Shown here: positions 25,517 to 39,238 of the stretch, one piece after another
How positions within the stretch are numbered: the first letter of the stretch is position 1
Layout of the letters: every line of letters starts with the position of its first letter
Origin: Botryllus schlosseri
Lineage: Eukaryota
Direction of reading: 5' to 3'
NCBI GenBank assembly: GCA_051294905.1
Contig: CM119372.1
Span: forward strand, 21,082,001 to 21,146,000
DNA length: 64,000 bases
Made by a program: the position numbers and the translations under genes
Notes under the pieces: model-generated
What the model was told of the DNA's origin: nothing
What the model saw: only the letters and a program-made list of their open reading frames with translations
Databases searched by the model: none

Positions 25517-28500
25517 CACTCAACTATGACAAGTCGTCCGCCGACTAATAAGCGCAATGTTATGAGAGTACTGGAGAGCAAAATGTTGCACTAAAGTCCG
25601 TCGGCGCTAACCTGCGGGAATGGAAATCCGTGCTTGCCGACCTTATATTTCGACTTTTAACGGTTATTGCTCGAGAATTATTTGGTTGTGTGAGATTTCA
25701 AGGATTGCAGTATGTATTTTAACGACATTGAAACGAAATATTTATAAATGGTTGACCTTCAAACGAAATATACCTTATATATGCTGCAATATCAATCTTG
25801 GCGTAGACCGAAAATATTACTAGTCGGGATGCAGGATTATTGCTGGTCATGACCGCCCAGTTTTACAGTCCACTATAGCCGCACGAATTCGATGACCTGG
25901 TATCATTGCCCAAGGGAACTGGAGTACCCACTGACTGGACAACCAACCTGCAAGCAGACAACTACCACCCTTCGCACTGTGATTTCTGACTAGCCTCCGC
26001 GTCTAAACACATGTCTGCAGCAACTTTTATGCAATAGATGAGAACTTAACATGTAAAAACCTTATCTTCAAAGTCCTCAGATGTAGAAATAAGTATTTTA
26101 TTATTTTTCGTCTTATACCTGACCTTGCAGCACATTTCCAAGCATACTGCTTTCTCCCTCGTACGATTCTCCGTTTCTTTTCAGCAATTCTAAATCTGAC
26201 ATCAAATTTACGGGTGCTTTCTGTGATAGATCCATGTATTTGGATGACACGAAATATAGGTAGTCCAAGCCATTTTATTGAAATTTCCACCAGATCAAAA
26301 CACCACAAGATAGCAATATATGGAAAACAATCGAACAGTGTCTGAATGATTTGGATCGGTCATTTTAATCAGTCCGCCACCTTGACCAAGAGCATGTAAA
26401 TAAGAGGCATATACACTCCAGGAAAAGATAACAAAAGGACTAGCAATAAAAATGTCGACATATCATATTGCAGTCCTGCAGGCTGAATTGTATTCATTCA
26501 GTAGAAACAGCTTGCATGTAGACCTAGACATGCTTGACGACTGCCGGTAATGTCCATTCTCGGTAATGGTTTTATCGGTATTGGTATAGGACCGGTTCAT
26601 AGTGGGCTGGTTGCACGAACATCGACCAGTGCACCACGAAAAAATGAACGATTGGTGAATTGTTCAACCCGCCGGGACCAGATAGTATAAGACACTTCTG
26701 AGAGCGATTCATTCTCGGTAATGTCCATTCTCGGTAATGGTTTTATCGGTATTGGTATAGGACCGGTTCATAGTGGGCTGGTTGCACGAACATCGACCAG
26801 TGCACCACGAAAAAATGAACGATTGGTGAATTGTTCAACCCGCCGGGACCAGATAGTATAAGACACTTCTGAGAGCGATTCATTCTCGGTAATGGTTTTA
26901 TCGGTATTGGTATAGGACCGGTTCATAGTGGGCTGGTTGCACGAACATCGACCAGTGCACCATGAAAAAATGAACGATCGGTGAATCGTTCAACCCGTCG
27001 GGGCCAGTTAGTATAAGACACTTCTGAGAGCGATTCCATGCATTCATATGCCGAGTCGTCAATTTGGGGCTCGCATGGAATATGGAATTGAGCTACCGTC
27101 GTCAGTTTCACAAGAAGCGATGAATAATGTTGATGCTGCATGATAATTCCCCGCATGCAGACCTGAATAAAAAATATAAAATACTAAATTAATAAATACA
27201 CTAAAATTAATCTTGTACCAAACTAAATAAATTTGCGAGTGCACCCTTTGTGGACTGCCCAAACAAGAGAAAATCAAGGATGCGTTTTGCAGGCAACAGC
27301 AACTGCTTATGGCTACAATACAAAGTATGCTCGATAGTCTAATGCCGGCTTCAACTGATTTCCATGAAGGCTATGATTGGAATTTTCATTTATTGGCAGA
27401 TGTAATAATTTGAAAAATGCTCAAGGTCACTGATAATGACAAAGCACAACAATGCGATGAAAATAATATTGCCACTTTAAGAAATTCAGGCTTTGTGAGA
27501 ACCCCCGACACTGTTCCATGACCGAGGAGAAAAGACTAATAAGCTTTCCAATGAGTAAAAGGTTGCGCAGCAACAAACAATGTCTTACCTGTGCAGTGTG
27601 CAGCTGTCCTCGCAACATCATATGGTATTGTAATTAGTGACGGATGGTTGAACATGCTTGACGGGTAACTCAAGGCTGATCTTAGGTTATCAGCAGATGG
27701 TATTTCATTCCTATATGCAAACCGAATTATACAATGCTAAGCAATGGTACTCTTCAGCAGTATAGAATTGAATCTTACCAGCCAGCCGCTTTCCACATCC
27801 GCACGAAGACTCATCCGAAACAACAGTTACCTCATTGATCGGTTTGTTAGCAAGCGAATATTAATTTCAAGAGTGATATTCCAGATTCTTCTCCATTCGT
27901 GAAATTCTCCAAGAGAAGTCATATGCTGTATAAAATATAACCCATGATTAGGATATTATAAAGACATGAAGGATGAACCATGAATGTATCATATCACTGG
28001 GCAATGATCAAAGCTGATGGTCACTTGAGACACTTCAAATTTGTATTTCAGTATTTGTATTACTCAATTGGTATACTCATAACAATATTGGAATGTATCA
28101 AGTTAACTTCACACCATATTATTTTCGAGAAATTAATAGTCCACATTTCATTGTGTATGTGAAAGCTAAAGATCTCTATATTTGATGTTTTCCGAACGCT
28201 ACATGTACTACAGTAGACTTACTACTAATACTACGGTACTGTACCTTTGATTCCACTTCTGAAGTGACGACGTTGAGGATTGGATTTCTTGGGAAGCGAA
28301 ATAGAACAGTACAGTCTATATCAGACACTATTTTGCTTCTTTCTTGAGCTATCCTTCCTTGATGCTTCATTTTCTTGACCTTTCACAGTAGATCCAGTCA
28401 TATTTGCGCCGCAAACTCCAATTAATCCAACCTAAAACGGCGTTCGTAGCTACGCGCCCAACTACATAACATCAAGTTGTGCAACATATCTCGCTCCATG

Positions 28501-28534
28501 AAAATACGTTCGGACGACTTGTCATAGTTGAGTG
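25517..28534. mobile_element. ~3.0-kb DNA transposon with CAC...GTG termini (CMC/Chapaev-like, tentative)
   Basis: 25516-25540 TCACTCAACTATGACAAGTCGTCCG is the exact reverse complement of 28511-28535. Flanks are AAGT / AATT. Decayed, spliced-looking coding remnants lie inside on the minus strand. Confidence 0.6.
26545..27036. repeat. Three near-identical tandem copies of a 155-bp unit (plus a 16-bp sub-duplication)
   Basis: CGGTAATGGTTTTATCGGTATTGG begins at 26561, 26732 and 26887. Confidence 0.95.
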
Positions 28535-31500
28535 AATTTGCTCTGAACATGGCTCCAAACTTCCGGGTTAAATTTTTCGGATCACTGGTCGAGGCTTCTT
28601 TTTCAATTAACAATTTGCAAATATCAATGGTTACTTGTGGGCCTATTGCCTATGGCGTGACAAATGGCGCAACCGGATTAGTCTTCGATTTTGGGACGAA
28701 TCTCGAATGTTGATGTTGCATCTTGTTGATGGGCGTTATCATGTTATTGCACACCCCACAATGATATTCAGATCTGCAGATCTGCAATCGCTTTTGATTC
28801 ACGGATTTATTTGCCTTTCCGCCGAGAACTTCGTCCCAAGGGCCACGGCTTTAGATCGTTATCCCAACTCCTGGCGTCAATACATCCTCACGCCTCACGG
28901 TTAACGTCTATATATAAGACTGAGCAATCAGATACCTGTTTGAAGCATCACTTGATATGCTGATCAAACCTGAAACATTTCTCTGCATTACAACATCAGA
29001 GTGATGTTCTTCAGAACTAGGTGCATGGCTATATAGCAGTCTAGCACAAGCAAATGTAATGCAGGCCTATTGCAAGTAAATAGGAGAATAGCCAAATTGC
29101 GTTCACATGTGGCATGATATGTTGGTTTGTAGTGCAGGTGCAAAATGAGGTTGATTGTCAGCGATTACAGAAAGACTGTCACTGGATACTGTCGTGCTGA
29201 TATGAGGGCTGACTTAATTATTCACACTTCACAGAAGCAAATTAGCGAAATTAACCTGATTGCTTGAGTTCTACTCGACAATAACATGCACATGACCTAG
29301 GCACCAATTAAACTCAGGCTCGTTTCAGAGCTCCTTCATTTGAATAACTTGATTAGGCTATTTCCTTTTCAGTGATTTGATATGAATTTGTTACTGTCCT
29401 GAGTAGCAGTTGTGAACTGAATCTGTTTCTGAGGAGGTGAACGGGTAGGAGCCCATTCCATGTTTAATATAATTTCTACACTAGCCTGTGCTCTGGAATA
29501 TTCGCACTGTTAGCTAACTTTTTGTTCAGAAGATCAGCAAAATTTGAATTGTTGCTGCAGTGCCAAGTGGATATTACGGTATTGAGTGATGACGTCACCT
29601 ATTTTTACCTGTAAAGGCAGTGGTAATTTTTAAATATTTTGAGAATGAGAAAAACGAATCAGCTTTTCGGCAGTAGGTTGCTTGATACCCGACTTTGTGT
29701 AAAATAAATTTGAGAAACACTTGTTTAGATAGTGCATGCATAGTGAAGCTTCATCAATTTGTATGTGTGGTAAAGTGTTGTCATCAGTCATGGTTAGCTG
29801 TAGTTATTTTCCATTCAATAATAGCCCTATTTCTCCTGTGAAAAGTAGGTCTCTGTGCTCCGTTAACTCGTTGCAGGCATCTAATAAAATCAATTTTTAT
29901 TCTTCTACTTCTACAGAGAGGACATCATACAGATGAGTGGGAGTCCCTACGTTAATCTAATACTTGAACCACCGTAGCGCATATCGTCGCTGTAGGATCA
30001 AATTTAGCTTATGTCCATTTTACATACAGATTTTGAGAAAATTATCTTTACCGTATGTAGTTTCCATTTTCTTTCGGCCATATCATGGTCGACTTTGAAA
30101 CAATGTGACAAACATGAACATGACAAAGACATGGCCAAAAAATAGGAAAATTTTTCCAAAACGTGATTTTCTATCGGTTTGAAAAATGGATCTCAAAATT
30201 TGAATAAACGGAGATGAGCTACTTTCATTCCACCGCAACGATATAACTGTGTTATAATTGCAAATCATCATGTTTTAAAATAATGTGTGTAATGTTTTAA
30301 AATTGCCATATATGGACTTTGCATCAAGTTTGTGGCTAGAATTTCTGAAGAATTTCCGTGGTTTCTAGTTTTCTCGGTAATCTTTTATTCTGAAGACATG
30401 GAATTTGATTTTATTATGATGCAGGAAGCAGGAGCGTCTAGGACTGAAAGAAGTTTGTGGAGCTCTTGATGCGTAATAAGGCTACTCATAGAATGTACTT
30501 CATGACTATCGTGTAGAATGTAGAATGTACTTCATGACTATCGTGGTAGGCCTTGGAATTTAGTATATGTAAAATATTATTAAATATTCACTCTAGTGCA
30601 ATATTTCCAAAGTAGGTTCTATTTTGTTTGCAGATGAAATCAGTCATCTACAACATTGACTCATTATAATTTCAACAACCATAATCTCCACCCAAATGCT
30701 GCGTAGTGCTACTGCATGAACGACATTGAACGTATCTACAACACTATCCTGTTTCCTGGGTATAAGTTAAGTCATTTGTTGATATTGTTCGAGGCATTTT
30801 TGTCCATTCCGATTACCAGCTTTTTCTTCAAAAAGCATGGCTACATTTGAAGTTGTCCACACAGTAATTTTGTTGAATATTGAATCATTTATATATAGTG
30901 CCCAGAAACTAAAAATTGAGAGGGGAATGAACTGTGTTACTGGTGCAAAGTTTGATGAAACATTTCAGTCAGATCTTGCTTGTACACAAAGGATTTTATA
31001 TCTATGTGATGTTAAGTATTTGAAATTGGCTTTGAGTGAAATCTGAGAAATGTGACTTATTTTGCTGGACATAGAATGGTGGTGCGATTTGAAGCAACTT
31101 GCTAGCCAATGTCTCGATGTGTTATGTTGAATGAATAAGTAGTAGAATAAGGTAGGCCTATATGAAGTGGAATATACCGTACGGCATGCATTCACGCAAA
31201 ACGCATTGGTCGTATGCAGGAGTATAATTTACTCCCAGAATCCAATTCTGATGTTTAATAATGATGTCATTGACTCAATGTAACCTAAATTACTACTTGT
31301 TACACTATTGTAGGAAACATGGCATGAATAGGCTGTATGAATAACTCAATTTCATTTAGAAGTTATTTTGGTAACACAATTTGCAATGAGCTTCGCTTAT
31401 TACTATTACTATTAAGCTTATAACATTGCAAGGACACATACCAAACACTTTGAATCATATCATTATTCAGCAACCAGTTTAGCCAGTCATAGCTGTTATT

Positions 31501-33481
31501 TGGTACGTAATCGCATTGCTCACAACTGCAATGTTCTGAGAGGATGACAGCGATACTGTTTGATCATGACTATTGGACAGCGCAGTGTTGATGCTGAGTG
31601 GTCACTGGTAGGTTATATTATTTTAGTTAGGTGTGATAGTTTCTGTTTACCAGCAATAATATATGATTAGTTTCACTTACATGCCCAATCACCTGCTTCC
31701 CTACATTATTTTACCAGTGTGTTGTGTGTGCAGAGTTTAGGGTATATAGCTATTCAATTGTATACTTTGCAACTTCAATCTGTATGATATGGCTGTAGAG
31801 CTATTTTACAACAGTATTTTATATGGTACATGTGTACAGACACAATCAAGGTTGAAAGTTCTTATAGTTACTCATTCTCTACAGGCCTCCGTCTCTCTCC
31901 ATTAGAACTGTACCCTAATTTCGTGATCATTCAATAACCTTACTCACTTGCAATAACTCTAATCTTGAATGGTGGCTATAGAATGGTTTTTCAGCATCTC
32001 GGGGCTTATGATACATTTTTATGCTATGTACATTTTTTTCAATACAATACTTAATTTGGGGACAAAATATCATGGTAAAATCTTGAAGTCACTTCATGCA
32101 AAATGATGTGTTTCAGAATATATATCTACATAGTTATTTATGTGGTTTCTAAGGGAGGCCAAGGTGCTAAACAGTTAGTATTGAAGTAACCAAGGCATTC
32201 ATGTTGCTCATACTGCCATATTTATTCTCTCACGGATAAAAAGGGAGAATGAATATATTAGTCCATGCAATATACGACTTTCCAAGAAGCTCAACTGTTG
32301 TCACATAGTTATATTGTAGTTTGGTTATTTGCTACTTTGAACAGTTTGGTTATTGTACGCTCGCTTCGGTGCAACTGAAATTTTTATTAGTAATTAATGG
32401 ATGTCTCATATTTCAGTAGAGACCAAAGTGTCAAAGGATCACCGGTTGCAGCTTTAACGCTTGAAGTAAGCGTATGTGGTAGACAGTTTGTCAACTATGC
32501 TCAGGAATTAGATTCCCTTTTTCTCTCACTCATCCAGAAATGTTCTTTAGCAATTTTTTTATTTGAACTATTGCAGGAAATGGTGTGCTGACACAGTTTT
32601 GACCTGTGTCGAACCCATGTAGTTAATTGTGATTTATTGTGCAGAAAATGAATCACCATTTTAAAATTGTAGTACCCGCATTGTACTTTTCTGTTTGAAA
32701 CTCCATACAAAGTAGCTTGGCAAGAATGGAGAAGAAGCATTCAACAGCATAAATTAATTGCCTGGACATAGTTTGCCATGTCAGGGATCTATTGTGAGAC
32801 ATGAATATTATCATAGTAGGCTAATTCCATTATAATTTAGCAAATTTTTTGAGATTTGTAATGCATACTCTCAGAATTGTCCAATATTTATATATGTTGT
32901 TCTTTTTTGAATTCCAAGTTTATTAAAAAAAAAAAATTGAAAAATGTTCAGCGGTTCAAAAGATATTGCGATTCAAAATCCTCTCGTCACTAGTTGGCGC
33001 TACTTTCAAAAATCTTTGAAATCGATATTTTTCGCTTAAATGATGGTAGAGAACCAATTAAAATGTCCAATTAACCAATTCTGGGGCCAAGGAATTCAAT
33101 AAAACCAACTGTTTCGCCCTAAACTCAATGAAAAAAAAGTTACGGATGAAAAAAAAAATGGGGGGGACGGGCTTAAAAATGTCTGTGGGATACGGCCTAC
33201 ACAAAAAACAATTATTGTGAAATGTGCTTCTAAGGAGTATGGTTGATAAAAAGCTTGATTTTAAATTTAATATTTATTCCACCATGAAATATGCATTACA
33301 TAAAAATTTCATGGTCCCAACCCATATCCCTGCTCACCGTAAATACTATTATCACCAGTCAAATATATCAATAAATTTATTTTTTTAGGTTTTGAAATTT
33401 TTCAAGTAGAATCCGTGCTGAACCACCGCATCAATAATAGAAGCAAGTAACAAAAGACATATTTACAATTGATCTTGAAAT

Positions 33482-33632
33482 GTGGCAAGTCGACGATCCA
33501 AAATGCATGCCAAACACGAAACAATAAATATGTTGAAAATGCATTTTGTCTCTTAGCATTGTCAAAAGTCAAAAATCCGAACATATTTATTGTTTCGTGT
33601 TTGGCATGCATTTTGGATCGTCGACTTGCCAC
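33482..33632. repeat. Perfect 53-bp inverted repeat with 45-nt spacer
   Basis: 33482-33534 is the exact reverse complement of 33580-33632. Confidence 0.95.
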
Positions 33633-36600
33633 GAACCAAAGCATTGAAATATTGGTATCCGCAGCTAGTCGCACTCAGGGATAGCATGGAGAGGAAAAAT
33701 GGCGGAGCTGACTCTATAAACCTATTGCTTCTCTATTGTCCAAGCAGCTGGTTGGAGCAGACGAAAATCAACTGCCGTCCTTCTCCTTTATTGCAGCTAG
33801 AGATCCGTTTTTTTATTCATGAGGATCACATATTGAAATCCAAACCATAACTTCTAATTTCAGTGACTGTCCTACTACTGTTGGAGGATGGCTGTTGTCT
33901 TAGCAGTACCGCACAGTGCATGGGAAAGGGTAATAACTACAGACTACAGAGTTGTGTAGTCGGTCCATTACTCATAACATGTGCATTGTGCAGTGCCCCA
34001 ATTTATTGATTGATTTCCATGTTGGCAAACTCATACTAGCTTGCTTTATTTATGAAGATACTTTGACAGCTACCCAGTACAACAAAACCGCACAATGGGA
34101 AAGAAATGGTGTTTTGATATATGATGTAGTCTCATGTCAGGTCAGGTAACGGTTACATACCTACATGGCGAGGTGACATAATGTTACATTTTAACGATTC
34201 AGTTAGTACAGAATTTTCGTGGACCTTGCGTCACTCGGCATCAGCACTGAGTCACTGCTTTAGTGTATACCTGAGAGGAAGTGCTGAATGTTTTTAGAGT
34301 GCTCTATGGAGGATTTCCTATAAGGCCATTGAATATGTTAGTGCCACGCTGGGTGAATATAGTAGCGGCTGCTGTTCTTGATGGTATTTGAGTAAACAGA
34401 AGCTTGACATGCATTGAGCGAAAGTGGGAGAACTGGTGATTTCAATATCCGGACATGTGCATTGAACTCATTAGGTCTTCAGATGGGAGAAAATGATTTG
34501 CCTACTATACTGATTATGAGGTCACTAATTGAGTTATGCATTACTACAAATAGAACTAGATATTTGAGTTACCTGTATGTAAGAGAATGGTGATGTGGGC
34601 AAAAAGGCATAACATCCAATGGTGTGCTGTTTCCTAGGATATGTGGCAGTCTACTTCGGTTTTGTGAGTCTTAATTATGGTTACATATCCTGGCACTGTC
34701 AAGAATTGTAGCATTCCTGTTCAACTTATATGATTTGGTTGGGGTATCCCTCTTGCAGCCTGATCAGAATTTATTTGTGGTTATTTAGGCTCCGGCTAAT
34801 TCACTTATTGGCCTTAGCGATGTCATTTGAGATCTGGCTTGTTATGCATATAAATTAATTAATTCCCACTAGAATGCTGTTACTCAAAAGGTATAATATG
34901 CCAAAGGCATAGCAGATGGGCCGTAGAGGTGTAAATTTGATGTATTTATGTTAGCTTAATCTACATAAATGCGCGTTTTGGTTGAACTAAATATCACCAG
35001 TTTTCGCTACAATATTTAAAGCTTTCCTTGCATTGTGCTGATAACCATCACCACAAAGCACAAGTCACTATTACACATACCACTATATAACTAGTATATC
35101 ACCACTGCTGTGTCTGGAAGGTGTAAACCTGAGGTCACCAACACGTGACCCGCGATCTCATTTGAGATTTTGGAAGAACGCCAAAATTGATATCAGTTTC
35201 AAAATGTTGTTGTTGTTGACTTTTCAACATGAGCTATTCTCATGTTCCCAACATCTCTATTCTTCACTAGATGAAACGGCTTAGCCGATAGCAACACCAT
35301 TCCATTGAGGTACAATCAGCTGTTATGAATGGGCATGGGCATCGGTATATCACAATGGCCCAAACACTGGCAAGACCGAGACGCTTGAAAAACGGCTTAG
35401 GTCTTCCCCACAAGATCAAGCTTTACGACGAGATAGTTTTACAGCTAGTACTGTGTCTCGCTAGCCCCAATGTCTATCCCTCAGTTGCTGAAAAGAGTCG
35501 TAGGTAGGTATCGTGCGCAGCTGATAGCCTAAACTAAAATGAAAATAGTGATCATGATATTTTTGTTGTATTGGTATTTCTTTGATATAATATTACTTAT
35601 TTTGTACTATAGCAATGTTAGAGAGCAGTAGAGCACAGTGAAAAGTTTTAAAAACGTGGTTTCTAAAATGTGTGGCAATATTTTCTCATTATTGTTTTCT
35701 AGCGACCCACAGCCTCAAGAAAATCTGAAAAGTCACCAGCGACCCGTTTTGAGTCGGCGGCCGCTGGTGTCAATGGAATGATTATACGCAATTTACAACC
35801 TCACATGAATATGCATACATCAAGAAACCATCCTAATCCAAATATTGTTTCTCATTGTTTTTGGTGATCCAATGACATTTCGGTTGGCATCTGAAGCCAT
35901 CTGACCTTGGAAATAATGTAAGCTAGTTGCATTGAAAGCTCAGTCTGTTAATGATACGACTGCAAAGTAATACACATTGACTACCCATTACAATACACGG
36001 AATGATGACTAGAGCTGGGCATAATAAAGTATCTGAGTCTGAGTTATTTGATTCTGAATCGACTATGAGGCTTCGATCGATTTTATCACTCGTTGTGACG
36101 TCAAACCAGTATGAAATGCGTGGAAAGTTCAAATACTGGTACCGGTATGTCATTGTGTGCGACCACAAAGAATAGAACATGCCAGTTATGCATTACAGTA
36201 TAGATTCTTGATGGGTAGGCTTATTTTTTCGACCATGCCGAATTCATCGCACTTAGTGACAATGCTTTGTGTTGAATGTCATTTCCACGATTGTCCGTCG
36301 CTTTGTACTACATGTTGAGTATGCTGTGATAAGACCAATCGAGGTTTCAAGGCTTCCATAGTGGAAAATTGATCGAAAGTCGAAACTAAAATTCTCGTTG
36401 ATAAATTTAGTGGCAATGAGTGTACCAGAATTAATCTTGATCCTGATATTGTGCCGGGCCTGACTTAAACAACTTGAAAATTTTCAGCTTTTCTAAATTA
36501 AATTGGAATTAGAATTGCAGCTACGAAGTTTTCCTTCAAATTAGCGTAGAATTGATATTATTACTACACAGTTATTGCCAAATTAGATTCAAATTAGAAT

Positions 36601-37185
36601 TACAGCTACACTGTTATTTTCCAAATTAGATTATAATTACTGAATTCACGATAACTTGGACATTGATTTATTTTCTGTTAATATCTGTTTCTTATGAGAA
36701 TGAGAATAGCAATATCTGTACAGCAAGCTTGGCTCATTTTGCACTTACAGGAACACGAGAAATTAGATAAGAAGTGAAAAGTCGTGCATTGAAAGCAAAT
36801 TATAGCTAACAAAGATTTCACAAATTAGACTAGAGTTAGATTACCGGCATTTCGCTCTGGTTAGCCTATAGACAACTAGAATTATCTCGTTGTCCAAGTT
36901 TAGACCCAGCTCTCATGATTACATTAGGATATCCAACATAATTGCATGACCTCAACAATTCATAGTAAGCGTAACACTAAGTACACTTGGCACTACATTA
37001 TTAGAATCCAGCAGACGTCACTGATTGCTTATGATTGGGGCTGGGAGCAATGATTAGAGTACTCAAATCTGAATCTAGTATTAATTTGAAGGATTCACGT
37101 CGAGTAGTAAGAATGATTTTTTCAAGTTCTGAAATTATATCTTCCATGCCGCTGCTAAGAGTCAATTTATCAACAAAAACTACAG

Positions 37186-37815
37186 CAGGGGCGGCCAACC
37201 CGTGGCCCGCGGGGTAATTCTTGAAATTAGTTATAATATCAACAAATAAATAACCCCGGTATATTATTATGAACCTGAAAGGCCAACCAAAAATTTTATT
37301 AGCCTGACCGCGAAATTTGTGATGTTGACGACTAAAATTCAGTTCTGACTCATTGGCGTAGCCAGGGGCCAGCCACATATTTTCGTAGATCTTCATCTAT
37401 GACCAAAAAGGAAAATATTTTGCATATTTGCCGAAATCTTCGAGATTTATATGTCCAAGCGCCGAATAATCCTGTCCTAGCCAAATGAGCCCAGCGGTAT
37501 GTATGTACAGGAGACCCGCAAGATATGCAAGTTAACATTATTATCGGCCGAGTTAATTCATTAACTTCGAAAACTTTCCGCTACATTCTGTGTGCACTTC
37601 GAGTCTTCATGTCGTAATTGTTATCGAATGTGTTAAATAATAAATGTTGTCGATTTTGATGCGTGTTAATATAAGTCTTGTTTTTTGCCATTAAACCTAA
37701 TGCGATTCGCTCCTATTATCAGAAGACTAGATAAATGTCATCAACATTCAAGTGGCCCACGTAATGGTTCGTATATCTCATGTGGCCCTTTGGCTGAAAA
37801 GGTTGGCCACCTCTG
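37186..37815. mobile_element. hAT-type MITE (CAGGGGCGGCCAACC family)
   Basis: TIR CAGGGGCGGCCAACC / GGTTGGCCACCTCTG. TSD AACTACAG / AACTATAG (7/8 match). Confidence 0.85.
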
Positions 37816-39177
37816 AACTATAGTTTCGATAGGTTTCAAAGCTACCACAGTGGAAAATACTAATTGGTCGTATCGTAGGGTTGCCATAAGCCCGGACATG
37901 TCTGGAATTTCACTGTTCAAACTGTGTCCTGGATTTGAAGGTTTGAAATAGGATCAAAATGTTTTCGTAAATCAACAAAAAAGTTACTATTTTTGGGGAG
38001 TTTTATGCCACTAGCGTCACATTCATTGGTTTTAATATGTGAACCACCACCCTAAAAAAACATGCATTCAAAAATTATTAAAAACTATCATCTGAGATAA
38101 GTCTAATTATAATCACAATTATGGGAGAACGGTATATATTACTGGACTCGGTTAAGGCAATTTGGATGCTTTAGTCAAAGATATTGGCTCTAAACCTGGG
38201 GGTCGTTTGTCTTATTCTGGGGTTCGCGAAAATGTTGAACGTATTCAGCTTCCAAAATAGGCCGTGAGTAAGTCTGGCAACTTTAGGTGCTGACCGTTTT
38301 TCAGTAACCAACTTATCAAATTCTGAGCTGGGCCACGAACATTTTCAAATTTGAAATGGAGTCATGACCATGAGAGGTTGAAAACCACCGGATGTGGGAT
38401 GCCTAAATGCGGATCTACATTTAGGCTCATAAATAGTCTTAAATGTGTGACATGACATGACTTTACGATGTATAATTCCGTTTCCTGTATTATCGAAGTC
38501 ATCGTCCTCCACCAGCTCCACTGCTAATTATTATCATGTGGGCTGAGAAAGGATCAAAATTTTATAGTAATACATGGAAGAAGCAATGTTATAGACTGAC
38601 TTCACTCACAAAATTTAACGACCAGATCCATATAAACACTAGATGTATATTGTATATAGTAAGTCCCCAGAAGTTGCATCGATTACCCTATGGTGGGCTC
38701 AAGATCAGTGTTCATTTGGACGGGAGGGGCTGAAAAATGTTGTTTCCATAACACACAACCACATGAATGCACCGACCTAACATTATAACGGCTCTTGATC
38801 CGGATCGTGACCACCAATGGTCGATAGGCAAAACTTTGCTAGTGTGACGTCATATTGAAAGACAATGTGTCATGCCTCATTTTAAAATCCGCTAGTTGGC
38901 GCTAAAGAATGTTCGGAATTTGCTCCTCAAAATTATGGTAACCCGTATGGTAGCATTGAAAACATGTATTGCAAAGCTACGAATCACATTTCTTGTGTAC
39001 AACAGGCATTATATTCTTTGAGGTAGCCAAAAAGGTACATATTTGAACTTTCCCTTTATTACGTACTCTTATGACATCATAATGAAAGATACTCGACTCA
39101 TGCAGCGTACTCGATTCAGAATCGAATCTCTCAGGTACTCGATTTTGACCAGCCTTAGTTATGATATCACACAGACA

Positions 39178-39238
39178 ATCACTACCTCTATTGCTACCTC
39201 TATCACTACCTCTATCACTACCTCTATTGCTACGTCTG
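39178..39238. repeat. 12-bp tandem repeat (ATCACTACCTCT), ~5 copies
   Basis: Direct reading. Confidence 0.9.

Noticed and set aside
25517..25540. RSS-like (ProtoRAG/Transib) terminus
   Set aside because: It begins with CAC but lacks a CACAGTG/CACTATG-type heptamer and a nonamer. No RAG-like peptide was seen.
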